Program-made: the position numbers and the translations under genes | The notes under the pieces: generated by a model | The model's input: the letters and a program-made list of their open reading frames with translations, nothing else | Databases searched by the model: none | What the model was told of the DNA's origin: nothing | Origin: Planctomycetaceae bacterium | GTDB taxonomy: Bacteria; Planctomycetota; Planctomycetia; Pirellulales; Lacipirellulaceae | Direction: 5' to 3' | Assembly: GCA_002702655.1 (NCBI GenBank) | Contig: PABB01000072.1 | Location: 1-64,000, forward strand | Length of the DNA: 64,000 nt | Shown here: in pieces, positions 34,957 to 44,967 of the stretch | Layout: each line of letters starts with the position of its first letter | Position numbering within the stretch: position 1 is the first letter of the stretch

Positions 34957-36268
34957 TCTCAGCGCAGTCATCAACGGCTCGCCTTATGCCGGCTATACCT
35001 ATTCCTACCCGCACAAGTCGGCCTACCGCACATTCGATCCACCGATTCCGCTGCAGCAGGCCTGGGCCGACGAACCGCGTGACTCGCTGTTTCTCTATCT
35101 GCACGTTCCTTTCTGTGAATACCGGTGCGGCTTCTGCAATCTGTTCACAATGGCGAATGCAGAGGGCGGTTGGGTCGGGCGCTACCTGGACCAGATTCGC
35201 TGCGAAGCGGACGCCGTTGGCAGGATATTGTCAGATGCGAAGTTCGCTAGTGTGGCGATCGGCGGCGGCACTCCAACGTATCTTGACGAAGCAGGGTTGT
35301 CCGAGCTGATGGCAACCGCCAACCTCCTGCTTGGTGAAGAATCGAGAGTCGTGCCAACATCGTGCGAAGCGTCGCCGGCGACGCTCACCATTGGTAAGGC
35401 CCGGCTGCTGCGAGACTGGGGCGTCGATCGACTGAGCGTAGGGGTGCAGACGTTCGATGACGGTGAAGCGCGATCGCTGGGCCGGCCTCAGACGACGCTG
35501 GAGATCGAGCGCGCCATTGATGTCGTGCGCCAGGCAGGGGTTCCCGTTCTTAACCTTGATTTGATCTACGGTTCGAGCGAGCAAAGCTTCGACTCGTGGC
35601 GCCGCACCGTGGATAGCGCCATTCGCCACCAGCCAGAGGAGGTGTACCTCTACCCCTTGTATGTGCGGGAGCTGACAGGGTTGGGTCGAATTGGCGCGGC
35701 GCCCCGGGATGACCGACTTGCGCACTATCGGGCCGGTCGCGACGCTCTGCTCGCCGCCGGGTACGAGCAAGTCTCGATGCGGATGTTCCGCAAGCCGGTC
35801 CCGGTTGCGGCAGCAGGGCCGATCTACTGCTGCCAATCGGATGGCATGGTCGGGCTCGGCTGCGGGGCCCGTTCCTACACGCGAAGCCTGCACTACTCGT
35901 CGGAGTTCGCGGTGGGGCGCGCTGGCGTGCGGTCGATCCTGGAGGGCTATCTCGTACGGAGCCCCGAGTCTTTTCGCTATGCCCACCACGGCTATCGCTT
36001 GTGCGACGGGGAACAGAAGCGTCGGTACCTGCTGCAGGGCCTCCTGCAGTCGGCAGGATTGTCGATCTCGGCCTACGAAGGCCGCTTCGGCACACGGGTT
36101 GGTGAGGACTTCCCTCAAGTGGCCTCGTTGCAGGAGGCGGGTTTGGCCCGGCGGGACAAGGACGCCTTGCAGCTCACGACAGCGGGGCTGGAGCGTTCGG
36201 ATGCGATCGGTCCGTGGCTTTACTCGCCGCAGGTCGTCGATTTGATGGAGGCATTCGAGTGCGTTTGA
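34949..36268 (+). CDS. radical SAM protein, HemN-like, STM4012-like
   Basis: CEYRCGFC CxxxCxxC cluster motif. 8-nt overlap with the upstream gene. Confidence 0.75.
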   Translation: MSSLSAVINGSPYAGYTYSYPHKSAYRTFDPPIPLQQAWADEPRDSLFLYLHVPFCEYRCGFCNLFTMANAEGGWVGRYLDQIRCEADAVGRILSDAKFASVAIGGGTPTYLDEAGLSELMATANLLLGEESRVVPTSCEASPATLTIGKARLLRDWGVDRLSVGVQTFDDGEARSLGRPQTTLEIERAIDVVRQAGVPVLNLDLIYGSSEQSFDSWRRTVDSAIRHQPEEVYLYPLYVRELTGLGRIGAAPRDDRLAHYRAGRDALLAAGYEQVSMRMFRKPVPVAAAGPIYCCQSDGMVGLGCGARSYTRSLHYSSEFAVGRAGVRSILEGYLVRSPESFRYAHHGYRLCDGEQKRRYLLQGLLQSAGLSISAYEGRFGTRVGEDFPQVASLQEAGLARRDKDALQLTTAGLERSDAIGPWLYSPQVVDLMEAFECV

Positions 36269-37134
36269 ATCTCTCCATCCTCTACCGTGGGACGTTGTCG
36301 AGCTGCAACTACGAATGCCCCTACTGTCCGTTCGCCAAGCACTGGGAATCGCCTCAGGAACTGCTCAAGGACAGGCGGGGACTTGAGCGTTTCGTAGACT
36401 GGGTCAGCCGACGTGATGGGGATCGGATTTCCGTGTTCTTTACGCCTTGGGGGGAGGCTCTGGTGCGACGCTGGTACCGCGACGCGATCGTTCAGCTCAG
36501 CCACCTACCGCACGTGCCCAAGGTCGCGGTGCAAACCAATCTATCGTGCCAACTTGCTTGGCTCGAACAAGCGGACGTCGACAAAATCGGGCTCTGGTGC
36601 ACGTATCACCCTGGGGAGACGACCCTCGAATCATTCCTCCGCCAGTGCCAGCGACTCGCCAGCCTCGGCGTCGCGCACAGCGTGGGATGCGTCGGCCTGC
36701 GTGAGCATCTCGTTGAGATTCAGCGACTGCGTGATGCGTTGTCCCCGTCCACCTACCTCTGGGTCAACGCCTACAAGTCGTCCCCCGACTACTACGATGA
36801 GCCGCTGCTGACTTCGCTTGAAGCAGTGGACCCCCTGTTCCCCATCAACAATCAACGCCATGCGAGCCAAAGTCGCGCCTGTCGGACGGGGGTGAGCGTC
36901 GTGACCGTCGACAGCGATGGCGACGTTCGCCGCTGTCACTTTGTGAAGGACAAGATAGGAAACCTTTACGACGAGCGCCTTGAGAGCGTGCTTTACGAGC
37001 GGCCGTGTCCGAATGAAACCTGCGGCTGTCATATTGGCTATGTCCATCTCGAACATCTTAAGTTGGACGGCCTATTCGAAAGCGGTGTCCTAGAACGAAT
37101 CCCCAAGGGACTGGCTGCGTCGGAACAGATGTGA
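36259..37134 (+). CDS. radical SAM protein, STM4011-like
   Basis: CNYECPYC motif. GTG start at 36259 with a GGAGG SD, overlapping the upstream stop. Confidence 0.7.
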   Translation: MRLNLSILYRGTLSSCNYECPYCPFAKHWESPQELLKDRRGLERFVDWVSRRDGDRISVFFTPWGEALVRRWYRDAIVQLSHLPHVPKVAVQTNLSCQLAWLEQADVDKIGLWCTYHPGETTLESFLRQCQRLASLGVAHSVGCVGLREHLVEIQRLRDALSPSTYLWVNAYKSSPDYYDEPLLTSLEAVDPLFPINNQRHASQSRACRTGVSVVTVDSDGDVRRCHFVKDKIGNLYDERLESVLYERPCPNETCGCHIGYVHLEHLKLDGLFESGVLERIPKGLAASEQM

Positions 37135-37149
37135 CAACGCCGCCGCTGG

Positions 37150-38300
37150 TCCCCTCGCGATCGCAGCGCTACGACGTCACATCCTCACGCGGCGGCCCGC
37201 TCATAGTGCTTCAGCACGCCGCCGAGCCACTCGCGACAGACCACCTCCTCGACCTTGCCTGGCGGATCATCTACCTCCGGCCAGACCCCAAGCAGAGGCT
37301 TGTTGTCCTTCCGTTGGTGCGGACGCGCCTGGTGATAGTATTCGAGATACCAAGCCACCAGATGATCGAGGTGCCCCAGGCCGAAGGCGATAAACCGATT
37401 GAGGCACTCGTTTCGGATTGAGCCGATCCAACGCTCCACGAAGGCATTTTGATTTGGCGCCCGCGGGGCGGTGGGTTCGATCGCCACGCCGGCGGAAGTG
37501 AAGACTTGGTCAAACCGCTTGGAGTACTTGAAGTCGAGGTCCCGCACCAAGTAGCTGACTGGGAGGTTCATACCGCGGGCTTGTTCGAGCATCGATTGCG
37601 CCTGCGTCGTGACCCACTTGTCATCCGGCTCGATCGTCGCCGGCGAGCAAATCCCCCGCCGCGAATCGACGTGCAGAAAGGCCAGCACATAGGCCTGCCG
37701 CTGGCCGCTGCTGGTCATCACTATTTTGGAGAAGAAGTCGCATTGCCAGAGCGTGTCGGCATGGACCTTGATGAACTCGTCCCAGCTGCCCTTGCCTCGC
37801 TTGGGACTGGGATGGACTCCCTCGTCTTTGAGGATCGTGCGGACGGTGGTCCGTCCGACGCAGCGGATACGGAGCTTGCGGAGTTCTCCCACAATCCGGC
37901 CGTACCCCCAACCGTTCTCGCGGGCGAGCCTGACAACGATCTGCCGAGTCGTTTCGGACGTGCCTTTACGGCCCATCTTCTTGGCGGGCTCTTGTCCCCC
38001 GCTTCTCCGCTCCAGCCAGCGACGGTAAGTTCGGGGATGAACGATGGAAACCAACTTCAACACATCTGAGCCGATGCCGTCCCCCAGTTCAAGCAACCTC
38101 TGTCGTTCGTCGTTGGTGAGGAAGATGCGCTGCTTCTCGACCCGCTGGCGGGTCATTTCCAACTCGGCCTTGAGGAACAGGAGTTGTCGTCGGAGTTGCT
38201 CCTCGCTGGAGCGGGCGAACAGGAAGAATAGCGGCGAGAACCAACTCGACATTGGCGGACAGTCCTGGCAAAAAACGAGGCGCTGGTGTGGTGACAATCT
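37150..38300 (-). mobile_element. IS481-family insertion sequence (approximate ends)
   Basis: Single transposase ORF with DDE/rve core. Possible imperfect terminal inverted repeats near 37154-37170 and 38286-38300 (TGTGAC-like). Ends not resolved. Confidence 0.55.
37185..38252 (-). CDS. IS481-family transposase (DDE integrase core)
   Basis: HADTLWQCDF, RDLDFKYS and NAFVERWIGSIRNE motifs with an N-terminal HTH region. Confidence 0.8.
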   Translation of the reverse strand: MSSWFSPLFFLFARSSEEQLRRQLLFLKAELEMTRQRVEKQRIFLTNDERQRLLELGDGIGSDVLKLVSIVHPRTYRRWLERRSGGQEPAKKMGRKGTSETTRQIVVRLARENGWGYGRIVGELRKLRIRCVGRTTVRTILKDEGVHPSPKRGKGSWDEFIKVHADTLWQCDFFSKIVMTSSGQRQAYVLAFLHVDSRRGICSPATIEPDDKWVTTQAQSMLEQARGMNLPVSYLVRDLDFKYSKRFDQVFTSAGVAIEPTAPRAPNQNAFVERWIGSIRNECLNRFIAFGLGHLDHLVAWYLEYYHQARPHQRKDNKPLLGVWPEVDDPPGKVEEVVCREWLGGVLKHYERAAA

Positions 38301-38356
38301 TTCCGCACCCCTGGGGTTGGCCCGATTCTTCGCGGCGGCGCGCGGCCGCCATCGGT

Positions 38357-38429
38357 TCCTAGTTTGGGATGCTAACGCTTGCTAATCGATGACAATCATC
38401 GCTAATGTTTGCAAGCCTCCCAAACTAGG
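38357..38429. repeat. 13-bp inverted repeat TCCTAGTTTGGGA / TCCCAAACTAGGA flanking a GCTAA-rich 47-bp spacer
   Basis: Lies immediately upstream of the IS481 transposase start. Confidence 0.4.
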
Positions 38430-39028
38430 ATAGACTCATAAAAACCGCTGTAAATACAGGGTTTCTCAGGGCTGATCGTGGGTCCTCATGACCTCGAGGT
38501 CGTCGCGGCAGGTACATTGCTGCCGAACCGGTGTGCATGACAAGTGGGCCTGCCGAGTAGCTCGTGACGATTCGGTCGGCTTCTTCATTCGGCTCGAAGG
38601 GTTCTGCTTCGTCTGTCGTGACAGCCTGGTCAGGGGCGTTGATCCCCTCGCACTGCTCGGCATTGAAGACGTTGTAGTGTCGCAGTACCGGGATGCAGAT
38701 CTCTTCTCCGCTCTCTTTGTCTTTCGTGGCTGCTTGCTTCCAGAACACGACACCCACTTGGCGACCGACCCAGGCGGCTCGGGGGCCACTTTGGCCCGAA
38801 GTCTCGGTTGTTTCTGTGTCGCGCCAGGGGGCGGGTTATCAGGACGTTCGGTCCGCTCTTCCGGGCCGGAGCGGACTCCTCCCAATACGAAATACGAAGG
38901 GGTGGAGCCAGAGATTCTTTGTCCGCGAAATCGGGCCGTAGGCTGCGCCGTTCCGGACCACCCGCCTGGGACACGTTGCGAATCCCGAACCAATTTGTCG
39001 AAGCCTGAATCGGTGGAAGCCCAATCAC
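38425..39028 (-). pseudogene. ArdC-like (DUF1738 N-domain) antirestriction protein, frameshifted and truncated
   Basis: VLRHYNVFNAEQCEGI matches the ArdC N-domain motif. The upstream part lies in another frame, and the 3-prime end abuts the IS481 region. Confidence 0.35.
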
Positions 39029-39059
39029 AAAAGGGGTTGTAGGCCTGTGGCGTCAGGAG

Positions 39060-39473
39060 GGCCTGAAAACGCTAAAGAAACGGCCCAAACGGAAACGTCT
39101 GTGGTTGGTCGACGGATCGTGCTTCCGCCTGCAACGAAAGTATCGCGATCACGTCTGGAGCTACGACTTCGCGCAGGATCGCACGAGCGACGGCCGGGCG
39201 TTCCGGATGCTGACGCTGATCGACGAGCACACGCGGGAATGCCTGGCGATCGATGTCGCCCCGTGGTTGTCGACCGAAGGCATGCTCCGGCGGCTGAGCG
39301 ACCTGTTCATCCGCCGGGGCGTGCCCGGGCGTCTGCAGAGCGACAATGGTTCGCAGTTTACCGCGATGAAGGTTCGCCAGTGGTTGGTGCGTGTCGACGT
39401 GAGGGAGTTTGGTCCGCACTCTTTCCGCGCGACTCCGGACGAGCGCCAGCACGCTTCGTGGTGTCGATTTTAG
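39060..39473 (+). pseudogene. IS3-family OrfB transposase fragment
   Basis: KRKRLWLVDGSCF...VWSYDF...DRTSDGRAFRMLTLIDEHTRE...QSDNGSQF rve core. Truncated after about 135 aa with no OrfA. Confidence 0.5.
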
Positions 39474-39931
39474 TCTGCGTGCTGGCTCGGCATGTCGGGC
39501 TGCGAGGTCGGGGGAAGCAACTCAATGTCGGCGGGCTCGGGCTGATCCTCCTGGGGCGCCCATGATTGCTCCAGCGGATCGGCGTCGCTGGGCTGCACGA
39601 TCGGCGTCGGCGACCCGACGGAGTCCCCTGGGACCGGGGCCGCGTAGCAACCGCCATCCGGGCAATGACCGCCGTAGCAGTGAGAATCTCGCCATTCCGC
39701 CGCCGTTCCGGGCCACGGTCGCCAACACGTCGGTTTCAGCCCGTGGTATGCCTGCGCGGGGCCACAGGGGCACATGAAGATTGCGTCTTCGCCGTAGCAC
39801 CAGGGGACGGTCTTTCGTACGTCCGTGGGACAACGGACTTCTGATTCCCGCTTCACGAAGGGACCGTGGGCGCGACAGCCCAGCGCGGTCGCGGCGAGCA
39901 TCAACATGAAACAGATGCGTGAACGTGGCAT
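39470..39931 (-). CDS. hypothetical secreted Cys-rich protein
   Basis: Signal peptide MPRSRICFMLMLAATALGC followed by a Cys/Pro/Gly-rich region. Start at the internal ATG 39929-39931. Confidence 0.35.
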   Translation of the reverse strand: MPRSRICFMLMLAATALGCRAHGPFVKRESEVRCPTDVRKTVPWCYGEDAIFMCPCGPAQAYHGLKPTCWRPWPGTAAEWRDSHCYGGHCPDGGCYAAPVPGDSVGSPTPIVQPSDADPLEQSWAPQEDQPEPADIELLPPTSQPDMPSQHAD

Positions 39932-40067
39932 GGCAGATCTCGGCAAGCCGCGGAAGCGCTTGCCGTCGCGATGGTGGGGAAACGACAGGCGCGTTGTCGT
40001 AGTTCCTGGGGAGCGCCGTCGATGAACCTCGTTGTGCTGGTGTATGTCTCTGGGCTGAGCGAGATTT

Positions 40068-41123
40068 CTAGAATCCGAAACCGCGCGTTGCGGTCTCCTC
40101 AAAATAGATGGCCCGTTGTGCCGTCTGCGTGCCGAGCAACGTGACGCCGAATATTCGCTCCAGCGGCGAGAACACCTTGCCCAGCGTGGTGTCGAATGCC
40201 ACGAGCTTATCCTCGGACACGTAGACACGGTCGCCGGGGAGAACCTGGTAATTCGTCGCCACGTCGCCGCGTTGGGTCACAGCCAGCCAATCCACAGGTA
40301 GGATTTGATCGCCGCCGCACTCATTGCCGCCGGGGCGCGCAATCCACATTCGCGTGGACGACGTCGATTCCAGACCTTGCACTTGGCCGATCGCGTCGAG
40401 AACTGTCTCATTGCCCCGGGAGGGCAAGATGATGACGCGGTCGCCCAGGCCGGCTCCTTGCGTGATGACGTAGAATACCTTGCTATTGAAACCGACGACA
40501 TCCAGCGCAATTCTGGGCGACTCGAGATACAGCGACAGGTGCGCTTCGATGGTCGCGCGGGCCTCTTCCATGGTCAGGCCGACGACGCGGACGCGCCCGT
40601 AAGCGCCGAGATTGACTTTGCCGTCCGGCGCCACTAGGTGCTCGCCGGCGATCTGCTGCAGTGCGGCGACTTGGGCGAGAGCGACGACGACCTGGGGCTT
40701 GTTGTAGGTCTGCTGGAGCTTGGCCAAGAGCTGTTGTTGCAACTCCTCGACCGTGAGGCCGGCGGCCGGAATCGCCCCAAATTCGAAGCCGAGTTGCACC
40801 GTCCCATTCGCCTGAACGATAAACTCGCCGCTGAGATTCGCGCTGTCCGGCAACCCCTCGGTCAATATCGTGACCGAATCCAACGGTCCCAAGCGATACG
40901 GCTGCTTTGGGACGAGGCTGATCGCTTCGATAGTCAGCACGTCCGGCGGCTCGATAATGTAGTCGGGCAGCGAGACCTTGCAGAGTTCGCGGGCGGTCTG
41001 CGGCGGTACGCAGGGCGCCGGACCGTCGAGTTTGCGGCCCGGGTAGACGACGTGGCATCCGCACGCGCACGCAGCCAAGGCGACGTACAAGACGGTCATG
41101 TGTAAATTGAGGCGTGCTTTCAT
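40068..41123 (-). CDS. polysaccharide export protein, Wza/Poly_export + SLBB
   Basis: Lipoprotein-like signal followed by the Poly_export and SLBB domain pattern. Confidence 0.8.
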   Translation of the reverse strand: MKARLNLHMTVLYVALAACACGCHVVYPGRKLDGPAPCVPPQTARELCKVSLPDYIIEPPDVLTIEAISLVPKQPYRLGPLDSVTILTEGLPDSANLSGEFIVQANGTVQLGFEFGAIPAAGLTVEELQQQLLAKLQQTYNKPQVVVALAQVAALQQIAGEHLVAPDGKVNLGAYGRVRVVGLTMEEARATIEAHLSLYLESPRIALDVVGFNSKVFYVITQGAGLGDRVIILPSRGNETVLDAIGQVQGLESTSSTRMWIARPGGNECGGDQILPVDWLAVTQRGDVATNYQVLPGDRVYVSEDKLVAFDTTLGKVFSPLERIFGVTLLGTQTAQRAIYFEETATRGFGF

Positions 41124-41332
41124 GCGTCCGCTAGTCGTTGCGAACTGTCCGCGGGATAACTCGCGACCGATTCGAGGAACTGTGATCGACGACAGGACCC
41201 AGCCTGCCGCTGTCGGTAAAATCGGGACAGACGGCAGAATCCTTGAGGGCGTCTGGGGGGCTTGCCGAAAATACGAGAAGCAGCGTCGCGCCGGCGGCGT
41301 CGCTCACAGCTCAGTTGAACGGTGAAATCGCA

Positions 41333-41719
41333 ATGCGAATTGCTCATACGGGCTTTACTGCCAGCGCATGCTTGCTAGCACTCGCGCTCGTCGCCGACGC
41401 GGCGCACTGTCAGGTTCAGCGGTATCAGCCGTCGACCCCGACAGTCAGCCCGTACCTCAATCTGACGCGCACGAACCTGTCGGGCCTGCCAAATTACTAC
41501 AGTTTGGTGCGGCCGCAGCTCAATCAGCGGGCGTTCAATCAGCAACAGTTGCAAACACAGGCTCGGCAGGCGCAAACCCTGGATCAATTACGGGCCGATG
41601 TGCAGGGGTCGCTGACCCCCACCGGAAAGAATGCGGGCTTCATGACCCTGGGGCAGTCAGGGGCGTTTCTCGACACGACGCGCTACTATCCGTCGCCGCC
41701 CGCGATACGTCGTCGCTGA
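41333..41719 (+). CDS. hypothetical secreted Gln-rich protein
   Basis: Signal peptide MRIAHTGFTASACLLALALVADAAHC. Low confidence. Confidence 0.3.
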   Translation: MRIAHTGFTASACLLALALVADAAHCQVQRYQPSTPTVSPYLNLTRTNLSGLPNYYSLVRPQLNQRAFNQQQLQTQARQAQTLDQLRADVQGSLTPTGKNAGFMTLGQSGAFLDTTRYYPSPPAIRRR

Positions 41720-41836
41720 CGCGATTCTCGAGAACCGGGACGATTCGCGCGCAGCTCGCGCCCGTCAGCATCGAATCCGTGATGTCGTGAACGCTCCGTC
41801 GCCGTCGACGGGCGGACTGAGGGTGCGGCCCCAGGA

Positions 41837-42826
41837 TCAGACGGGCGCCTGCTCGGCCGGGGCGACGCAACCCAGCGGCGGGGTGCGGAGATGCTCCGTG
41901 GTTTTCGTCTTGCGACTGAAGTCGCCGTACGCGCGTCGCACCTGCTCCTCGGTCAGGTCGACGACATTCGCTGCGTCGTCGGCGGGGACCTCGTGCTCCC
42001 ACGCGTACCACAGCAGGTCAAGCATCTCAAACGGCAGGCGGAAGAAGAATTCCTGCTGCGTACTATTGGCACTGTACGTGTCGGAGGTCGGCGGGCGCAC
42101 CAGAATCTCCTGCGGCACGTCCAGGTACTCGGTCAGTTGATAAATCTGCGACTTGTACAGATGCACGATCGGTCGCAGATCCATGGCGCCGTCGCCGTAC
42201 TTCACGAAGAATCCCAGGTCGTGCTCGTTCTTAGGGGGCGTGCCGATCACGGCGTAGTCGTTCAATTCCGCATGGTAATAGAGCAATGCGGCGCGGCTCC
42301 GCTGTTTGAAATTCGAGGCCGCGACAATCTGCCGCAATTGGTCGGGCTTCAGGCGTTTCTTCTTGATCTCGCCCTCGGGGCTGACGATCGTCGCGCTGTA
42401 CACGCTGAGCGTATCGCGGGTGAGCAGAGTCTCGGGCAGCGTGATTTTGAGCCGATAGGTGCTGTCGTATTCGGGAAAGAGGGCCCGGACGGCGGCGTCG
42501 CGGCGACGGTAGCAGCCAAAACCGATCAACGGCGCCGTCACGTCCTCCACGACGGCGTGGACCCCGAACTGCCGGCACACTTGGCGCGCCAGTCGCGCGC
42601 TTTCTGGACTTGATTCCATTTCCGGCAAGATCAAGGCAACGAGCCGCTCGGGGCCCAGGGCGCGCACTGCCATGGCCAGCACCACCGCCGAATCGACGCC
42701 GCCGCTCACGCCCATCACGCCGCCGCGTTTGCCGAGCGTCGTCAACACGTCGCGGTGGATCTGGCGAACGATCTGGTTCGTCTCGGCCTCGGCATCAAGC
42801 TTCAAGACGTCGCGATGAAAACTCAT
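41837..42826 (-). CDS. nadE: NAD+ synthetase
   Basis: SGGVDS PP-loop. GGGAG SD. Confidence 0.8.
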   Translation of the reverse strand: MSFHRDVLKLDAEAETNQIVRQIHRDVLTTLGKRGGVMGVSGGVDSAVVLAMAVRALGPERLVALILPEMESSPESARLARQVCRQFGVHAVVEDVTAPLIGFGCYRRRDAAVRALFPEYDSTYRLKITLPETLLTRDTLSVYSATIVSPEGEIKKKRLKPDQLRQIVAASNFKQRSRAALLYYHAELNDYAVIGTPPKNEHDLGFFVKYGDGAMDLRPIVHLYKSQIYQLTEYLDVPQEILVRPPTSDTYSANSTQQEFFFRLPFEMLDLLWYAWEHEVPADDAANVVDLTEEQVRRAYGDFSRKTKTTEHLRTPPLGCVAPAEQAPV

Positions 42827-44916
42827 GATTGGTCGCTCCCGATTGGCGTCGTGGCAACGGATTGCCAGTGCGGCAGACCTGCCTCCGCCGCTCTCGTGTG
42901 GCCGTCGCCGCGCAAGACCACCTTCACGCGATCACGACCGTCGATGGGGGCCGGCGGACGGAAGTCGACCACGAATTGTTGCTGAATCAACTGCGTCGAC
43001 AGCACGCCCGCCAACGCCATTTGTTCCGTTTCGCTCAACTCGCCGCGGCGTTGGAGTTTGTGGACGAGTTTGCCCACGGCGGCAGCATCGAAGCAGCCTG
43101 CCGCGTCGAGCGCCCGGGGGTCGAGCATCTCCGCGACCCATTCGAGCGGCTTGCCGCCCGGAAAGAAGCACGCGTGAATGGGGGCCCGATAGGGCTGCTT
43201 CGCTCGCTGGCAGACGCCGCGCGGCAAGCGGTCGCGCATGGCTCGTTTGAGAACGTGCTTTTCATTCAGGCCGCACAACTTGAGCCGCGGCTTCATCTGA
43301 TTGCACAATTGAATGACGCGGTGATCGAGAAACGGGAATCGCCCCTCGACGGAATTCGCCATCGCCATCCGATCCCCCTGGGAGCAGAGCAGGTACTCCG
43401 CGAGGAATAACTTCGCCTCCAGGTACTGCGCTTGGGCCAGCGGGCTCCACCGCGAGAAGTCATCTGGCAGCGACAGCGGAGGTCGCTCTCCGGCGATCGC
43501 GCTCTCCGATCGTCCTGCTTCGGCGATCCGCGCCTGCAGGTCGGCCGAGAAGAGCCGCCGAGTTCGGCTTGTGTTTGTCCACCGCAGGCGGTGCGAGTAG
43601 CAGGGGTCGTCGACTTGCTCGAAGTCCTGCCCGAAGAATTGTTGCAGGCATGCCCGATTGGCGCCCGCGAGCGAACTGATATACGGATACAGCCTCGTCA
43701 GCAGCAACGGCCGGCGCGCCGACCCCGGCTGACGAGCCCAGAATCGTCGGACTTTCGCTTCTTTGAAGATGTTGTACCCCGCCAGCGTTTCGTCGGCTCC
43801 CTCGCCGGTCAACACGACCTTCAGTCGATTGTCGCGTACCAGCCGTGACAGCAAGAACAGCGGCACGGGGGAGGTGCGCAGAATCGGCGTCTCGGCGTGC
43901 CAGACGACTGCAGGAAACGCGGCTCCGATCTCCGCGGCCGTGCATGCGATTAGATGATGGCGTGTTCCGAGCCATCGTGCCATCTCAGCCTGAAACGCCC
44001 GCTCGTCGAAGGCCGCGTCCTCAAAGGCAATCGAAAACGTCTGGAGGCATCGCGGCGAGCCGTCCTGCACCAGCGCGGCGATCGTCGACGAGTCGAGGCC
44101 GCCGCTCAAGTACGCACCCACTGGCACGTCGGCGCGCAATCGCAATCGCACGGCGTCGGCGAGCAGTTCACGGAGCTGCTCGCACGCCTCTTCAAGTCGG
44201 ACAAGCGTCTCCCCGCCGCGGGCGGGGAACTCAAAGTCCCAGTATCGAACCACGCGTTCCGGTTGGCCGGGCTCCATGACCGCGTAATGCCCGGGCGGCA
44301 GGCTCGCAATGTTGCGGAATGCCGTGTGCGGCGGCAGGGGCGACCAGACCGAGAATACCTCGTCGAGCGCCGTCGGATGCAGTTCCGCGCGGACCCGTCG
44401 GCTCGCCAACAGAGCCTTGATCTCCGAGGCGAACGCGATCCCGCCGTCTTGCTGGCAGTAGTATAGCGGCCGAATTCCCACGCGGTCGCGAGCCAAAACC
44501 AGCCGCTGCCGCCGCTCATCCCAGATCGCAAAGGCAAACTGCCCGTTCAGTTGCGAGACGGCCTCCGGGCCGTACTGCTCAAACAGGTGGATCACGACCT
44601 CGGTGTCAGAATTCGTCGCGAACCGATGCCCTGCCGCTTCGAGCGTTCGCCGCAACTCGAGGTGGTTGTAGATTTCCCCGTTAAAGACGATCCACAGGTC
44701 GCCAGATTCGTTGGAGATCGGTTGTTGCCCGCCGACCAAGTCGACGATGCTCAGTCGCGCGCTGCCGAGTCCCATTGAGGACCCGCCGCGATGGTGTAGG
44801 TAGACGCCAAACTCGTCGGGACCACGGTGGCGGACGGCGCCCAACATGCAACGTATGTCCGCCTCGCCGACCGGCCGGCGGCCGTCACGCTCCCAGATCC
44901 CAACGATGCCGCACAT
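42823..44916 (-). CDS. asnB: asparagine synthase (glutamine-hydrolysing), exosortase-system-type amidotransferase
   Basis: N-terminal MCGI Ntn Cys, SGGLDSS PP-loop. Stop overlaps the nadE start. Confidence 0.85.
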   Translation of the reverse strand: MCGIVGIWERDGRRPVGEADIRCMLGAVRHRGPDEFGVYLHHRGGSSMGLGSARLSIVDLVGGQQPISNESGDLWIVFNGEIYNHLELRRTLEAAGHRFATNSDTEVVIHLFEQYGPEAVSQLNGQFAFAIWDERRQRLVLARDRVGIRPLYYCQQDGGIAFASEIKALLASRRVRAELHPTALDEVFSVWSPLPPHTAFRNIASLPPGHYAVMEPGQPERVVRYWDFEFPARGGETLVRLEEACEQLRELLADAVRLRLRADVPVGAYLSGGLDSSTIAALVQDGSPRCLQTFSIAFEDAAFDERAFQAEMARWLGTRHHLIACTAAEIGAAFPAVVWHAETPILRTSPVPLFLLSRLVRDNRLKVVLTGEGADETLAGYNIFKEAKVRRFWARQPGSARRPLLLTRLYPYISSLAGANRACLQQFFGQDFEQVDDPCYSHRLRWTNTSRTRRLFSADLQARIAEAGRSESAIAGERPPLSLPDDFSRWSPLAQAQYLEAKLFLAEYLLCSQGDRMAMANSVEGRFPFLDHRVIQLCNQMKPRLKLCGLNEKHVLKRAMRDRLPRGVCQRAKQPYRAPIHACFFPGGKPLEWVAEMLDPRALDAAGCFDAAAVGKLVHKLQRRGELSETEQMALAGVLSTQLIQQQFVVDFRPPAPIDGRDRVKVVLRGDGHTRAAEAGLPHWQSVATTPIGSDQS

Positions 44917-44967
44917 GGAGAGTTTTTACGAAATGGCTTCGGAACGTCGCTGCTGGGCGACGTCCCG

